Source: an uncultured Gemmatimonadales bacterium
GTDB taxonomy: Bacteria > Gemmatimonadota > Gemmatimonadetes > Longimicrobiales > RSA9
Direction of reading: 5' to 3'
NCBI GenBank assembly: GCA_963741945.1
Contig: CAVUKA010000006.1
Location: 1-64,000, forward strand
DNA: 64,000 nt
Below the pieces are notes generated by a model, which was not told the DNA's origin, made no database searches, and saw only the letters and a list, made by a program, of their open reading frames with translations. Position 1 is the first letter of the stretch. Every line of letters starts with the position of its first letter. The position numbers and the translations under genes were made by a program. Below are positions 38,034 to 47,923 of this stretch, one piece after another.

Positions 38034-39252
38034 ATACAATGCGTTCCTGGTACGGCCGCCCGAGTTGACGGTGGCGTGGCAGGACAGCGAGACGAGCGCG
38101 CGTGGATGGCTGGTGATCAGCTCACTGCGCGGCGGCGCGGCGGGTGGCGGCACGCGCATGCGGGCCGGGGCGAACCCACGGGAAGTGGGCTACCTGGCCA
38201 AGACCATGGAGCTGAAGTTCGCGCTGGCGGGGCCGCCCATCGGGGGCGCCAAGTCGGCCATCGACTTCGATCCCCGCGACCCGGGCAAGGCGGGCGTGCT
38301 GGAGCGCTGGTTCGCCGCCATCGCGCCGCACCTGCGTGAGCGGTACGGCACCGGGGGCGACCTCAACGTGGACGAGGTGGTGGAAGTCATCCCCATGATC
38401 CAGTCGCTGGGGATCGCGCATCCCCAGGCCGGGATCGTACGGGGGCATTTCCAGCTGGACGACCACGCCTTTGCCCGCGTGATCGCGAACCTCGACCGGG
38501 GCGTCGAAGCGCCTGTGCACCAGGCCGTGGGCATTGCCGGCATCGAGCGCAGCGTGGCCGACCTCATCACCGGGTACGGCGTCGCCCGCTCGGTGATCGA
38601 GTACTACGACCGGATCGGCAGGAAGCTGGACGGCGCGCGCGTCACGCTGGAAGGCTTCGGCAACGTGGGCGCCGCGGCGGCGCTCTACCTCGCCCGCGAG
38701 GGCGCGCTGCTGGTGGGCGTGACCGACGCGGAGAAGGGGCTGTTCCCGGGCGAAGGGCTGGATGCCGCCGGGGTCGAGTCGCTGATCCGCAGCGGGCCCG
38801 ACCGGCTGCTCCCCGACGACGATCGCTGCGTCCGCGGCGACGGCCGCGAACAGCTTTTCGACACGCCTGCGGACATCTTCGTCTGCGCGGCCGCGTCCGG
38901 CACCCTCACGGACGAGCGCCTCGAGCGCCTCGTCGCCGCGGGCGTGAAGGTGATGTCGTGCGGCGCCAACCAGCCGTTCCGCGAGCGACAGCTCGGCTCC
39001 ACGCGCGTGCACCGGATCGCGGACGCGCGTTTCGCGCTGATCCCCGACTTCCTGGCGAACCTGGGCATGGCGCGCACGTTCAGCTACCTCATGGAGGTGG
39101 ACGCGAAGCCGGAGTCCGAAGCGGTGTTCTCCGCCGTGGACCAGACCATTGCCACGGGCGTGGACGAGATGCTGTCGCGCGCGAACCGTCCGGACCGTGA
39201 CCTCATGGCCGCCACGCTCGGACTGGCCCTGGACCGGATCGGCGCCGATTGA
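38023..39252 (+). CDS. Glu/Leu/Phe/Val dehydrogenase family protein
   Basis: 'GGGTRMR','KTMELK','GGAKS','EGFGNVG','CGAN','IPDFLAN'. Confidence 0.85.
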   Translation: MWRRYNAFLVRPPELTVAWQDSETSARGWLVISSLRGGAAGGGTRMRAGANPREVGYLAKTMELKFALAGPPIGGAKSAIDFDPRDPGKAGVLERWFAAIAPHLRERYGTGGDLNVDEVVEVIPMIQSLGIAHPQAGIVRGHFQLDDHAFARVIANLDRGVEAPVHQAVGIAGIERSVADLITGYGVARSVIEYYDRIGRKLDGARVTLEGFGNVGAAAALYLAREGALLVGVTDAEKGLFPGEGLDAAGVESLIRSGPDRLLPDDDRCVRGDGREQLFDTPADIFVCAAASGTLTDERLERLVAAGVKVMSCGANQPFRERQLGSTRVHRIADARFALIPDFLANLGMARTFSYLMEVDAKPESEAVFSAVDQTIATGVDEMLSRANRPDRDLMAATLGLALDRIGAD

Positions 39253-40310
39253 GCATCCGGCTCCTCGTGGGCACACGGCGGGGCCTGTTCCTCGCCGCGT
39301 CCGAACACCGCCTGGACTGGTCGATCGAGGGGCCGTACCTGGAAGGCCGGGAAGTCTACCACGCGATCCGCGACGCCCGCACGGGTGCGCTCTGGGTGGC
39401 CACCGATCACAAGGTGTGGGGGGCGCACGTCCATCGGAGTGACGACGGGGGCCGCAGCTGGGATCTCCTGGATGCGGCCCCCCACCATGCCGACGAGCGA
39501 GGGCTGAAGGCCATCTGGTACCTGGCGCCCGGCCCGCCCGACGAGCCGGAGACGCTCTGGGCTGGAATCGAGCCAGCGGGGCTCTTCGTCAGCCGCGACG
39601 CCGGGCGGAGCTGGGCGGGCGTGTCGTCGCTGAACGACCACCCCACGAACGAAACGTGGCAGCCGGCCGGCGGCGGGCTCGCGCTCGGCAACATACAGCA
39701 CGACCCATCCGACCCGCGCCGCATCTACTGCTCGCTGTCGGCAGGGGGCGTGTACCGCTCGGACGACGCCGGCGCGAGCTGGCGACCGGTGAACCAGGGC
39801 GTCCGCTGCGACTTCCAGCCCCGGCAGTACCCGGAGACGGGGCAGTGCGTGCACCGGCTGCGCGTGCACCCGGCCATGCCCGCGCGGCTGTACCAGCAGA
39901 ACCACTGCGGCGTCTACCGCTCGGACGACCGGGGCGAGAGCTGGACGGAGATCACGGACGGGCTGCCGAGCGATTTCGGCTATGGCCTGGCCCTGGACCC
40001 GCGCGATCCGGACACCGCGTTCGTCATCCCGGAGGAGTCCAGCCACATGCGGGCGACGGTGGGTGGGAAGCTCCGCGTCTACCGCACCACCGACGCGGGC
40101 GCCGGCTGGGAGGCGCTGACGCGGGGGCTGCCACAGGAGCACGCGTACATCTCCGTCCTCCGCGATGCCATGGCCGACGACGACCTCGATCCCGCAGGCG
40201 TCTATTTCGGCACCACCAGCGGGCACCTCTTCGCCAGCCGGGACGGCGGCGAGGAGTGGAGCCTCGTGGCCGGCTTCCTCCCGAAGATCCTCTGCGTAAC
40301 GGTGGCATGA
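39249..40310 (+). CDS. BNR/Asp-box beta-propeller (sialidase-like) protein
   Basis: Repeated 'RSDDGG.SW' Asp-boxes; 'QQNHCGVYRSDD'. Confidence 0.85.
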   Translation: MSIRLLVGTRRGLFLAASEHRLDWSIEGPYLEGREVYHAIRDARTGALWVATDHKVWGAHVHRSDDGGRSWDLLDAAPHHADERGLKAIWYLAPGPPDEPETLWAGIEPAGLFVSRDAGRSWAGVSSLNDHPTNETWQPAGGGLALGNIQHDPSDPRRIYCSLSAGGVYRSDDAGASWRPVNQGVRCDFQPRQYPETGQCVHRLRVHPAMPARLYQQNHCGVYRSDDRGESWTEITDGLPSDFGYGLALDPRDPDTAFVIPEESSHMRATVGGKLRVYRTTDAGAGWEALTRGLPQEHAYISVLRDAMADDDLDPAGVYFGTTSGHLFASRDGGEEWSLVAGFLPKILCVTVA

Positions 40311-40379
40311 GGTCGGGCGACCGGAGCGGCAGCCACGGGCTGTTCCGCCCGGCCGGGGCCACCGGAACCGCGGGGCCTG

Positions 40380-41000
40380 CTACAGCCGCTGTGTCTCGTC
40401 CTTGCGGAGTCCGTCAATGGCCTTCTGGAGCGCGGCCTTGCGCTCCTTGAGCCCTTCGCGGTACTCCTGTCGGTCGGTGTCGGTGATCTCCATGCGGAGG
40501 TCCGACAGAGCGGTCTCCAGCGTTTCCACCACGAGTTCCGTCTCCCGGTCCGTCAGCTCGCCCCGGATCATGGTGCCTCCTCCGTCGCGGTTCTCGAGAT
40601 AGAGGCGGGAGCACAGCGAGCCGGCCCGCGCGGCGGGCCGCAATCCCTCCGCCCCGCCCCACCTCCAGTCTACGTAGCGCGTGACCTCCGGGTCACGCCC
40701 GATCACGGCAGGCTCACCATGCATTATGCGCGCCTCGTAGAGTCTCATCTCGAGGCGGTACCGCTCGCGCTCCAGCGATCCCTCCCGGAGCACGGCCCCG
40801 GGCTCCACCTCCAGGCCGAGCTTGTCCCGGGCGGCGCGGCGGACCGCGTCCTCCCACCCTTCCTGGGTTCGCAGCGATGCGGCCGGCAGCCCCCAGGCAT
40901 GGGGGAGCTCGTCGTCGTCCGGCGGGCGCCGGATCTGGAGGACGCGGCCATCCTCGAGGTGGATGGCGACGGAGACGGAGCGCTTGACCGGTCGGCTCAC
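40380..41000 (-). CDS. Degenerate NUDIX-fold protein reading in-frame into a small helical protein (own SD and ATG at 40571)
   Basis: 'WGLPAASL..EGWEDAVRRAARDKLG' lacks the catalytic Glu residues; GGAGGAGG before MIRGEL. Confidence 0.65.
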   Translation of the reverse strand: MSRPVKRSVSVAIHLEDGRVLQIRRPPDDDELPHAWGLPAASLRTQEGWEDAVRRAARDKLGLEVEPGAVLREGSLERERYRLEMRLYEARIMHGEPAVIGRDPEVTRYVDWRWGGAEGLRPAARAGSLCSRLYLENRDGGGTMIRGELTDRETELVVETLETALSDLRMEITDTDRQEYREGLKERKAALQKAIDGLRKDETQRL

Positions 41001-41320
41001 GGCGCTTCCTCCCCGGCCGGCCAGCCGAATCGCCGCATGTCCACGCGGCCCCCGGGGTCGAAAGCCACGCCTTCCTCCTCGAGCAGCGCCCGCTGGAGGG
41101 AGTCGGCCATGCCGGAGCGCGGAATGGTGATGGCGCCGCTGGCGCTCAGCACCCGCCACCACGGCACGTCCAGGTCGTCGGGGAGCGCGCCGAGCGTGGC
41201 GCCGACCCCGCGGGCCGCGCCGGGGTATCCCGCCAGTTCGGCCACGCCGCCGTAGCTGGCGACGCGGCCGGACGGAATGCGTCGGACCACCTCGTACACG
41301 CGCTCTGGGAAGTCGGGCAT
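40997..41320 (-). CDS. Alkyltransferase-like (ATL/MGMT family) protein
   Basis: 'VRRIPSGRVASYGGVA..ARGVG'; PWWRV instead of catalytic PCHRV. Confidence 0.88.
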   Translation of the reverse strand: MPDFPERVYEVVRRIPSGRVASYGGVAELAGYPGAARGVGATLGALPDDLDVPWWRVLSASGAITIPRSGMADSLQRALLEEEGVAFDPGGRVDMRRFGWPAGEEAP

Positions 41321-41386
41321 GACGGCTCGCGTGGCCTTTCGCCGCGGGTTGTTGTTCACCGTGCGGAGCGCCTGCAAGTTAACGCC

Positions 41387-42859
41387 ATGATCGCCGATTC
41401 GAAGGACACGCTGCTGCTCGTCCGCATGGCGGGCGAGCTCTTCATAAAGTCGCGGCGCACGCGGACGGGGTTCCTGCGCCGCCTGCGTCGCAACCTCGAT
41501 GATGGCCTGGCGGAGCTGGAGCCTCCGGGCACGCTGGAGTCCGGGTGGGACCGGCTCTACGTGCACGCGCGGGGGGACGCGGCCCGGTCCGTGGTGTCGC
41601 GCGTGTTCGGGATCAGCTCGTTCAGCCCCATCGACGCGCTGGTGGAGGCCACCCTGCCCGCCATCCTCGAAGCGGGCGTGGCGCTCTACACGGAACGGGT
41701 CCGGGGACGCACGTTCGCCATCCGGGCGCGCCGGGCGGGGAGGCACCCGTTCTCCTCGCACGATGTCCAGGTCGAGCTCGGCGCGCGGCTCCTGGATGCG
41801 TCGGCCGGCGTGAACCTGGACGCGCCGGAGGTCACGGTCCACGTCGAGGTGCGCGACGACCGGGCATACCTCTTCTCCGAGGTGGTGCCCGGACCCGGCG
41901 GGCTGCCGCTGGGCGTGGAGGGGCGGGCGGTCACGCTTCTGAGCGGCGGCTACGACTCGGCCGTGGCTTCCTGGCTCATGCTGAAGCGGGGCATTGCCCA
42001 GGACTACGTGTTCTGCAACCTGGGCGGCGACGCGTACGAGCGCGCGGTGGTGCAGGTGGGCAAGCTGCTGGCGGATCAGTGGAGCTTCGGCACGCGGCCC
42101 CGCCTGCACGTGATCGACTTCGCCGGCGCGCTGGACGAGATTCGCTCCAGGACGAGGGAGCGGTACTGGCAGGTGGTGCTCAAGCGCCTCATGTACAGGG
42201 CCGCGTCCATGGTGGGCGAGGAGCTGGGCGCGGATGCCATCATCACGGGGGAAGCGGTCGGGCAGGTCTCGTCCCAGACGCTGATCAACCTGCGGGCCAT
42301 CGACCCGGCGTCGGCGCTCCCGCTGTTCCGGCCGCTCCTGGGCTTCGACAAGGAGGAGATCATCGAGCGTGCCCGGGCCATCGGCACGGCGGTGCTCTCG
42401 GAGCAGGTGAAGGAGTACTGCGCGATCGTGCCGGGAAGGCCGGTGACGGCGGCGAAAGTGGCGTCCGTGGACCGCGAGGAGTCGAAGCTGGAGCTGGGCG
42501 TGGTGGCGCGCGCCGTCGCCGACCGGAGAGTGCTGGACCTGCGCGCGCTCACGGCCACGGACCTGGTGGCGCCGTACCTCTTCACCGACGACATCGCCGG
42601 CGACGCCATCGTCCTCGACTGCCGGCCCGAGGCCCAGTACCGGGCCTGGCACCTCCCCGGCGCCGAGCGCCGGGACGAGTGGGAGCTGCTGCAGAAGTTC
42701 AAGCGGCTGGACAGGGACCGCCGCTACGTCCTCTACTGCGCCCACGGCATGCAGACGGCGCACATCGCGGAGAAGATGCAGCGCGCCGGCTACGAGGCGT
42801 ACTCCTTCCGCGGCGGTGCGGGCGCGGTGCGGAAGTGGGCCGAATCGAAGGACGGCTGA
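41387..42859 (+). CDS. thiI: tRNA 4-thiouridine synthase with THUMP and rhodanese domains
   Basis: 'GELFIKS','GGLPLG','LLSGGYDS','GQVSSQT','EYC', C-terminal 'LYCAHG'. Confidence 0.92.
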   Translation: MIADSKDTLLLVRMAGELFIKSRRTRTGFLRRLRRNLDDGLAELEPPGTLESGWDRLYVHARGDAARSVVSRVFGISSFSPIDALVEATLPAILEAGVALYTERVRGRTFAIRARRAGRHPFSSHDVQVELGARLLDASAGVNLDAPEVTVHVEVRDDRAYLFSEVVPGPGGLPLGVEGRAVTLLSGGYDSAVASWLMLKRGIAQDYVFCNLGGDAYERAVVQVGKLLADQWSFGTRPRLHVIDFAGALDEIRSRTRERYWQVVLKRLMYRAASMVGEELGADAIITGEAVGQVSSQTLINLRAIDPASALPLFRPLLGFDKEEIIERARAIGTAVLSEQVKEYCAIVPGRPVTAAKVASVDREESKLELGVVARAVADRRVLDLRALTATDLVAPYLFTDDIAGDAIVLDCRPEAQYRAWHLPGAERRDEWELLQKFKRLDRDRRYVLYCAHGMQTAHIAEKMQRAGYEAYSFRGGAGAVRKWAESKDG

Positions 42860-42889
42860 CGCCGGTCCGGCGACAGGCCGGTGGCGCGG

Positions 42890-43876
42890 CTACCAGCGAA
42901 GAATGACTTTGCCGAACGTGAGGTTGGAGGCCACGACCTCGTGGGCGCGCCCGGCCTGGGCCGCCGGGATCACCTCGTGGACCACGGGGCGGATGCGGCC
43001 ATCGGCCAGGAGAGGGAGCACCTCCTCGGCGAACAGGCGGGTGGCCGCGGCCTTCTCGATACGGGAGCGGCTGCGCAGCGCCGTGCCCACCAGTGTGAGG
43101 CGCTTCGAGAGCAGCAGGCCCAGGTCCACTTCCGCGCTGCGCCCACCCGGCAGGCCCACCACCACCTGCCGCCCCAGCGGGCCCATGGACCGGAGGTTCT
43201 CGGCCAGGTAGGGACCCCCCACCAGGTCCAGGACGAGGTCGGCGCCACGCCCGTCCGTCACTTCCCGCACCCGCTCGGCGAACGCCACATCGGGGCCCGA
43301 AAGGTCGATCGCCACCGCAAGGCCCAGCGCCTCGGCCCGCTCCAGCTTCCACGGGCTCCGGGACGTGCCCATCACGAGAGCGCCGTACGCCCGCGCGATC
43401 TGGAGCCCCGCCGTCCCGACGCCGCCCCCTACCGCGTGGATGAGCACGCTCTCACCCTCCATCAGGGACCCCCGCGTCCGGAGCGCGTCGTGGGCCGTGA
43501 TGAAGACTTCCGGGATGCCGGCGGCCTCCACCTCGTCCATGCCATCCGGGATCGGGAGCAGGTGCTCCGCCGGGACCACCACCCGCTCGGCGTACGCGCC
43601 GCCGCCCGCCAGCCCCATGACCCGGTCGCCCGCGTTCCACCCCTCCACGTCCGCCCCCAGGCGGTCCACCTCGCCGGCGAACTCCAGCCCGGGAATGTCG
43701 GCCGGCCATCCGGGCGGCGCCGCGTAGCCGCCCGTCCGCTGCATGAGGTCCGCCCGGTTCACCCCCGCCGCCGATACCCGCACCCTCACGTCCCCGGGTC
43801 CCGGCTCGGGGTCGGGGACGTCGACGAGCTCCAGCACCTCGGGCGAGCCCGGGCGCGTGATGACGACTGCCTTCAT
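42890..43876 (-). CDS. NAD(P)H-quinone oxidoreductase (MDR family)
   Basis: 'GVNRADLMQR','PGLEFAG','HAVGGGVG','GKVIL'. Confidence 0.92.
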   Translation of the reverse strand: MKAVVITRPGSPEVLELVDVPDPEPGPGDVRVRVSAAGVNRADLMQRTGGYAAPPGWPADIPGLEFAGEVDRLGADVEGWNAGDRVMGLAGGGAYAERVVVPAEHLLPIPDGMDEVEAAGIPEVFITAHDALRTRGSLMEGESVLIHAVGGGVGTAGLQIARAYGALVMGTSRSPWKLERAEALGLAVAIDLSGPDVAFAERVREVTDGRGADLVLDLVGGPYLAENLRSMGPLGRQVVVGLPGGRSAEVDLGLLLSKRLTLVGTALRSRSRIEKAAATRLFAEEVLPLLADGRIRPVVHEVIPAAQAGRAHEVVASNLTFGKVILRW

Positions 43877-43909
43877 GGGGAGCCTCCCACGGCAGGGCGG
43901 CTGTTCCGC

Positions 43910-44179
43910 CTAGAGCGCCTTGCGGGCTACCAGGTGGTAGACGAACGGGAAGAAGATCCCGCCCAGCACTGCCCCGATCAGCGCGCCCAGGCGCAGGGGC
44001 GTGGGATCGTGCGTCACGTACGCCGACGCGCCCAGCATCCCGCCGATGAACGTCCCCGCCAGGCCGAAGTACACGGTCAGCGGTATCGTCGTGGTGGGCC
44101 CGCGATAGACGGCGCGGACAATCAGGCTCGCGACAATGCCGATGCCGATCCAGATGAGAAAACCGGTCACGAATGTCAT
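43910..44179 (-). CDS. GlsB/YeaQ/YmgE-like small membrane protein
   Basis: Three hydrophobic segments; 'GLAGTFIGG','GAVLG'. Confidence 0.7.
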   Translation of the reverse strand: MTFVTGFLIWIGIGIVASLIVRAVYRGPTTTIPLTVYFGLAGTFIGGMLGASAYVTHDPTPLRLGALIGAVLGGIFFPFVYHLVARKAL

Positions 44180-44237
44180 GGGCAAAAAGTGGCGGAGACC
44201 GGCGCCGCGGGCAAGGGATCGCGGGGAGCCGCCGTGC

Positions 44238-45452
44238 TCAGATGGCGATGTCCGCCATGGCCTCTTCTTCCCCCGTCCCCCGCGCGCCCACATCGGCGGG
44301 CAGCCTCAGCGCGACCAGTACGGCTACGGCCACGAGGCCGGCACCGAGGAAGAACGGGGTGCGGATGCCCACGTGCTCGAAGAGCGCTCCCGCCCAGAGG
44401 GGCCCCAGGACCCGCCCGATCCCCCCCACCACCTGCTGCCCGCCGAGCACGGCGCCCTGGGAGTCGGCGTCCGTCTCCTGTGACACGAGGCTGGCCAGCG
44501 ACGGGAAGGTGAGACCGGTGGCCAGCGCCCAGAAGGGGACCATGGCGAAAATGGCGCCCGGACTGGGCACCAGGGGGAGCAGGGCGAGCACGGCGGCGAG
44601 GACCCCCGTCCCCGCCTGCACGATCCGGCGCTCCCCGAACCGCCGCACCAGCCACCCCACGATGAGCCCTCTCACCACCACGGTGGTGCCGCCGGCCGTG
44701 GCGAAGACCACGCCCATGTCCATGGCATCCATGCCGTGTGCGCGCTCGGCGAAGAGGGCGAGCACACCCGTCATGGCCGAAAAGGACATGATCGCCAGGA
44801 AGTAGACGGCCAGCAGGAGCACGAACGGGTAGGCGGTCAGCGTCGCGACCCAGCTGCGCAGTGTGGCCGCCTGCGTGCCCCGCCCCGCAGCCCGCTCCTC
44901 CGCTCGCCGCGATTCGGGGAGGATCACGATGGCCGCGAGACCGTTGACCGCGCACAGGCCGGCCGCGATGAACCCCGGTACGGCGTAGCCGAACTGGCTG
45001 AAATACCCCCCGATCGCCGGGCCGATCAGGACGCCCAGCCCGGACGCGGCGCCCAGCATCCCCATGCCCCGCGCGCGGTCCTCGGGGCCCGTGGCATCCG
45101 CCACGTACGCTTGCGCCACCGAGATGGTCCCGCCCGCCGCGCCCGCCGCGATTCGCGACACGAAGAGCACGGTGAGCGACTGGGCCAGTCCGAACAGCAG
45201 GTAGGACAGGGCGGAAGCGAAAAGGCCCAGGACGATGAACGGCCGCCGCCCGTGCCGGTCGGAGATCCGCCCCCAGAACGGAACGGCCAGGAACTGCATG
45301 GCGGAGAAGGATGCCACCAGGAGCGTCACGTCGAACGGGCTGGCGCCGAACGACTCGGCGTAATACGGCAGGAGCGGGAGCACGATGCCGAAGCCGATCA
45401 TGTCCACCAGTACGGTGGCGAACAGCACGATCAGCCTGGAGGTCTTCAGCAT
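44238..45452 (-). CDS. MFS transporter (TetA-like)
   Basis: 'DMIGFGIVLPLLP','GRISDRHGRRP','GPAIGG'. Confidence 0.92.
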   Translation of the reverse strand: MLKTSRLIVLFATVLVDMIGFGIVLPLLPYYAESFGASPFDVTLLVASFSAMQFLAVPFWGRISDRHGRRPFIVLGLFASALSYLLFGLAQSLTVLFVSRIAAGAAGGTISVAQAYVADATGPEDRARGMGMLGAASGLGVLIGPAIGGYFSQFGYAVPGFIAAGLCAVNGLAAIVILPESRRAEERAAGRGTQAATLRSWVATLTAYPFVLLLAVYFLAIMSFSAMTGVLALFAERAHGMDAMDMGVVFATAGGTTVVVRGLIVGWLVRRFGERRIVQAGTGVLAAVLALLPLVPSPGAIFAMVPFWALATGLTFPSLASLVSQETDADSQGAVLGGQQVVGGIGRVLGPLWAGALFEHVGIRTPFFLGAGLVAVAVLVALRLPADVGARGTGEEEAMADIAI

Positions 45453-45573
45453 CCCCGGACGCTCTCCCCGTGCGCGGTGCTTGTACCGGTGCCGCCCGCT
45501 ACGTACATTGGCGCTCGACCCCATTCCTCATCACGGCGGCCGCCGCGGCCGCCTTCACGGGTCTGCCGCGACG

Positions 45574-47076
45574 ATGCCTCGCCTCGATCCACCCAACGAT
45601 CCGGATTTCCGCAAACGCTACGGCGTGCTGCTCGAGATCGCACGCGAGCTGACGGGAACGCTGGAGCCGAGCTGGCTGTACCGCACCATCTACGAGCAGG
45701 CGAGTCGCGTGCTGGAGACCACCGGCTTCTACATCTCCCTGCACGACGCGGACAAGGATGAGGCCCGAGTGGTATTCGTCGCCGACCGGGGCGCGATCGA
45801 GCGGCCAACGAGCCTAACGTACCGGGCCTCCGAGAGCCGCGCCATACGCGAGAAGCGCGCCATCCGTGAGGATTTCGACAGCGTGGCGGACGCTCTCCTG
45901 GTGCTCGGCCCCGAGACGGACGAGGAAGTTCCCCGCTCCCTGCTGGTCGCGCCGCTGCTCCGCGATGGCCGCGTCCTGGGCGCGATCAGCGCCCAGAGCT
46001 ACAGGCAGGGCGCGTACACGGAGGCCGACCTCGAACTCCTCTGCGCCATCGCCGACCTCGCGGCCGTGGCCGTGTCCAATGCCCGCACCATGGAGGCGCT
46101 GGAAGGAAAGCGGCGGGAGTCGCAGCAGCTCGAGGAGATCGGGCGCGCCGTCACGGCGTCGCTGGAGCTGGAGGAAACGCTGCGCCGGATCGTGGCCGCG
46201 GCCCGGGACCTGTCCGACGCCGACGGCGCCGTGGTCTGGCTGCTCGAGATGGACGGATCAGCGCGCGTGGCCATGACCGCCGGCGACCTGGCCCTCCCCC
46301 CGGGCTCCATCGTCCAGCCACCGTCCGGGCTGGTGCGCCGCTTCGCGCGGGAGCGCTCGCCGCTCATCATCGACCGCCTCCGCACCGATCCGCTGGTCCC
46401 CGACGAGGTGCGCCAGATGCTGTCGGCCGAGGCCGCCATCGGCGTCCCGCTCATCGTCGACGACGACCTCATTGGCGCGCTCTCCGTCAGCCACGGCCGC
46501 AGCCGCGTCTACTCCGACGACGAGGTCCGCGTCCTCGAGCGCCTCGCCATGCACGCCGCCATCGCCGTGGCCAATGCCCGACTCCACGAGCAGGTCCGCA
46601 CCCTCTCCATCACGGATCCGCTCACGGAGCTGCCGAACCGCCGGCACATGTCCATGATCCTGGAGAAGGAGTTCGCCGCCGCCGAGCGGGGCCGCAGCCT
46701 GACCGTGATCCTGTTCGACCTCGACGACTTCAAGCACTACAACGACACCGCCGGTCACCAGGCCGGCGACGCCGTCCTCCGCCGCTTCGCCCGCATCCTC
46801 GTGAGCCAGACCCGCGCCATGAACCTGGCCGCCCGCTACGGCGGCGACGAGTTCATCGTCATCCTCTCCGAGACCGAACCCGAGGGCGGGAAGCGCCAGG
46901 TCGAACGCGTGGTCGACGCGGTCGTGGCCGACGCCCGCATGGCCGGCGTGGGCGTGAGCGCTGGCGTGGCCGCGTACGAGCCGGGGATGCAGTCGCCCGA
47001 ACAGCTCATCCGCCGCGCCGACCAGGCCCTCTACCGCATCAAGGCCGCGCGCACCCGGACCGCCAGCGGTCCCTGA
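45574..47076 (+). CDS. GAF-GAF diguanylate cyclase
   Basis: 'TDPLTELPNRR','DLDDFKHYND..GH..GD','RYGGDEF'; I-site degenerate (RAMN). Confidence 0.92.
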   Translation: MPRLDPPNDPDFRKRYGVLLEIARELTGTLEPSWLYRTIYEQASRVLETTGFYISLHDADKDEARVVFVADRGAIERPTSLTYRASESRAIREKRAIREDFDSVADALLVLGPETDEEVPRSLLVAPLLRDGRVLGAISAQSYRQGAYTEADLELLCAIADLAAVAVSNARTMEALEGKRRESQQLEEIGRAVTASLELEETLRRIVAAARDLSDADGAVVWLLEMDGSARVAMTAGDLALPPGSIVQPPSGLVRRFARERSPLIIDRLRTDPLVPDEVRQMLSAEAAIGVPLIVDDDLIGALSVSHGRSRVYSDDEVRVLERLAMHAAIAVANARLHEQVRTLSITDPLTELPNRRHMSMILEKEFAAAERGRSLTVILFDLDDFKHYNDTAGHQAGDAVLRRFARILVSQTRAMNLAARYGGDEFIVILSETEPEGGKRQVERVVDAVVADARMAGVGVSAGVAAYEPGMQSPEQLIRRADQALYRIKAARTRTASGP

Positions 47077-47092
47077 TCTGTCCCAACCCGCC

Positions 47093-47701
47093 ATGGCTTC
47101 GGCGCGGCTCCGCTCCGATCTTGGGGGCGTGTATATCAATCCTCGCTTCACCCGACTGGTCCGCGCGCCCGCGGCCCGCTACGGCGACCCCGCATCCAGA
47201 GGGGAGTCGTTCCCGGCCGAGGCGGTCCTGCGTGATCTGGTGACGGCCGACCGCGCTGTCGCCCCCCTGATCGCCGCGCGCTACGCGGCGCTCCGCTTCT
47301 GGCTCCTGCACGCCACGGGTGAAGTGGCGGCGCTGGTGGACCACGCCAGGGAATCGGCGCTCGGCCACCTCGAGGCCGCGGACCGCGGCGAGGAGGAGGT
47401 GGCGCTGCTCCGGGCGCTGGTGGAGCGCCCCGAGCCGCTCTCCGAAGCGGCCGCCGTGCTCGACCTGGCCGCCTCGGAGGCGGAGCGCGGACGTCACCCC
47501 CACGGCGCTGGTGCGCTCCGCGAGGCCGCCTTCCGCATTGCCCTGCACCGCCTCGACCTGGGGCTCGCGAGCCGCATCGCCGCCGATATCGGCCGGCGTC
47601 TTCGCAGGGGCGGTCACTATCGCGCCGCGCGCCGCTGGGAGCGGGCTGCCGCCAGGCTCGCCACACGGCAGCGGGCGCTGACGCCCGGGTCCCCGGACTG
47701 A
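47093..47701 (+). CDS. Hypothetical helical protein
   Basis: 202-aa ORF in operon-like position with coding bias. Confidence 0.6.
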   Translation: MASARLRSDLGGVYINPRFTRLVRAPAARYGDPASRGESFPAEAVLRDLVTADRAVAPLIAARYAALRFWLLHATGEVAALVDHARESALGHLEAADRGEEEVALLRALVERPEPLSEAAAVLDLAASEAERGRHPHGAGALREAAFRIALHRLDLGLASRIAADIGRRLRRGGHYRAARRWERAAARLATRQRALTPGSPD

Positions 47702-47707
47702 GGCGGC

Positions 47708-47923
47708 GTGGGCGGGCCATACACGGCGGAGGAGCGACGCGCCATCGCGCGGGCGGTGCAGGCGAGCGCTCCCCTGCGTTGCCCGGCGTGCGGAGAGCCG
47801 CTGTTGCGGCGGGACGTGCCACCTTCGCGACAGGTGTCGTACGTGCGGCGGCGGGTGTGGGTGCTCTGCCCCGCCTGTCACCGCTCCGGCGCCGTGGATG
47901 TCAGAGCGGCCGGGCCACCATGA
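47708..47923 (+). CDS. Small zinc-ribbon protein
   Basis: Two CPAC motifs. Confidence 0.6.
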   Translation: MGGPYTAEERRAIARAVQASAPLRCPACGEPLLRRDVPPSRQVSYVRRRVWVLCPACHRSGAVDVRAAGPP

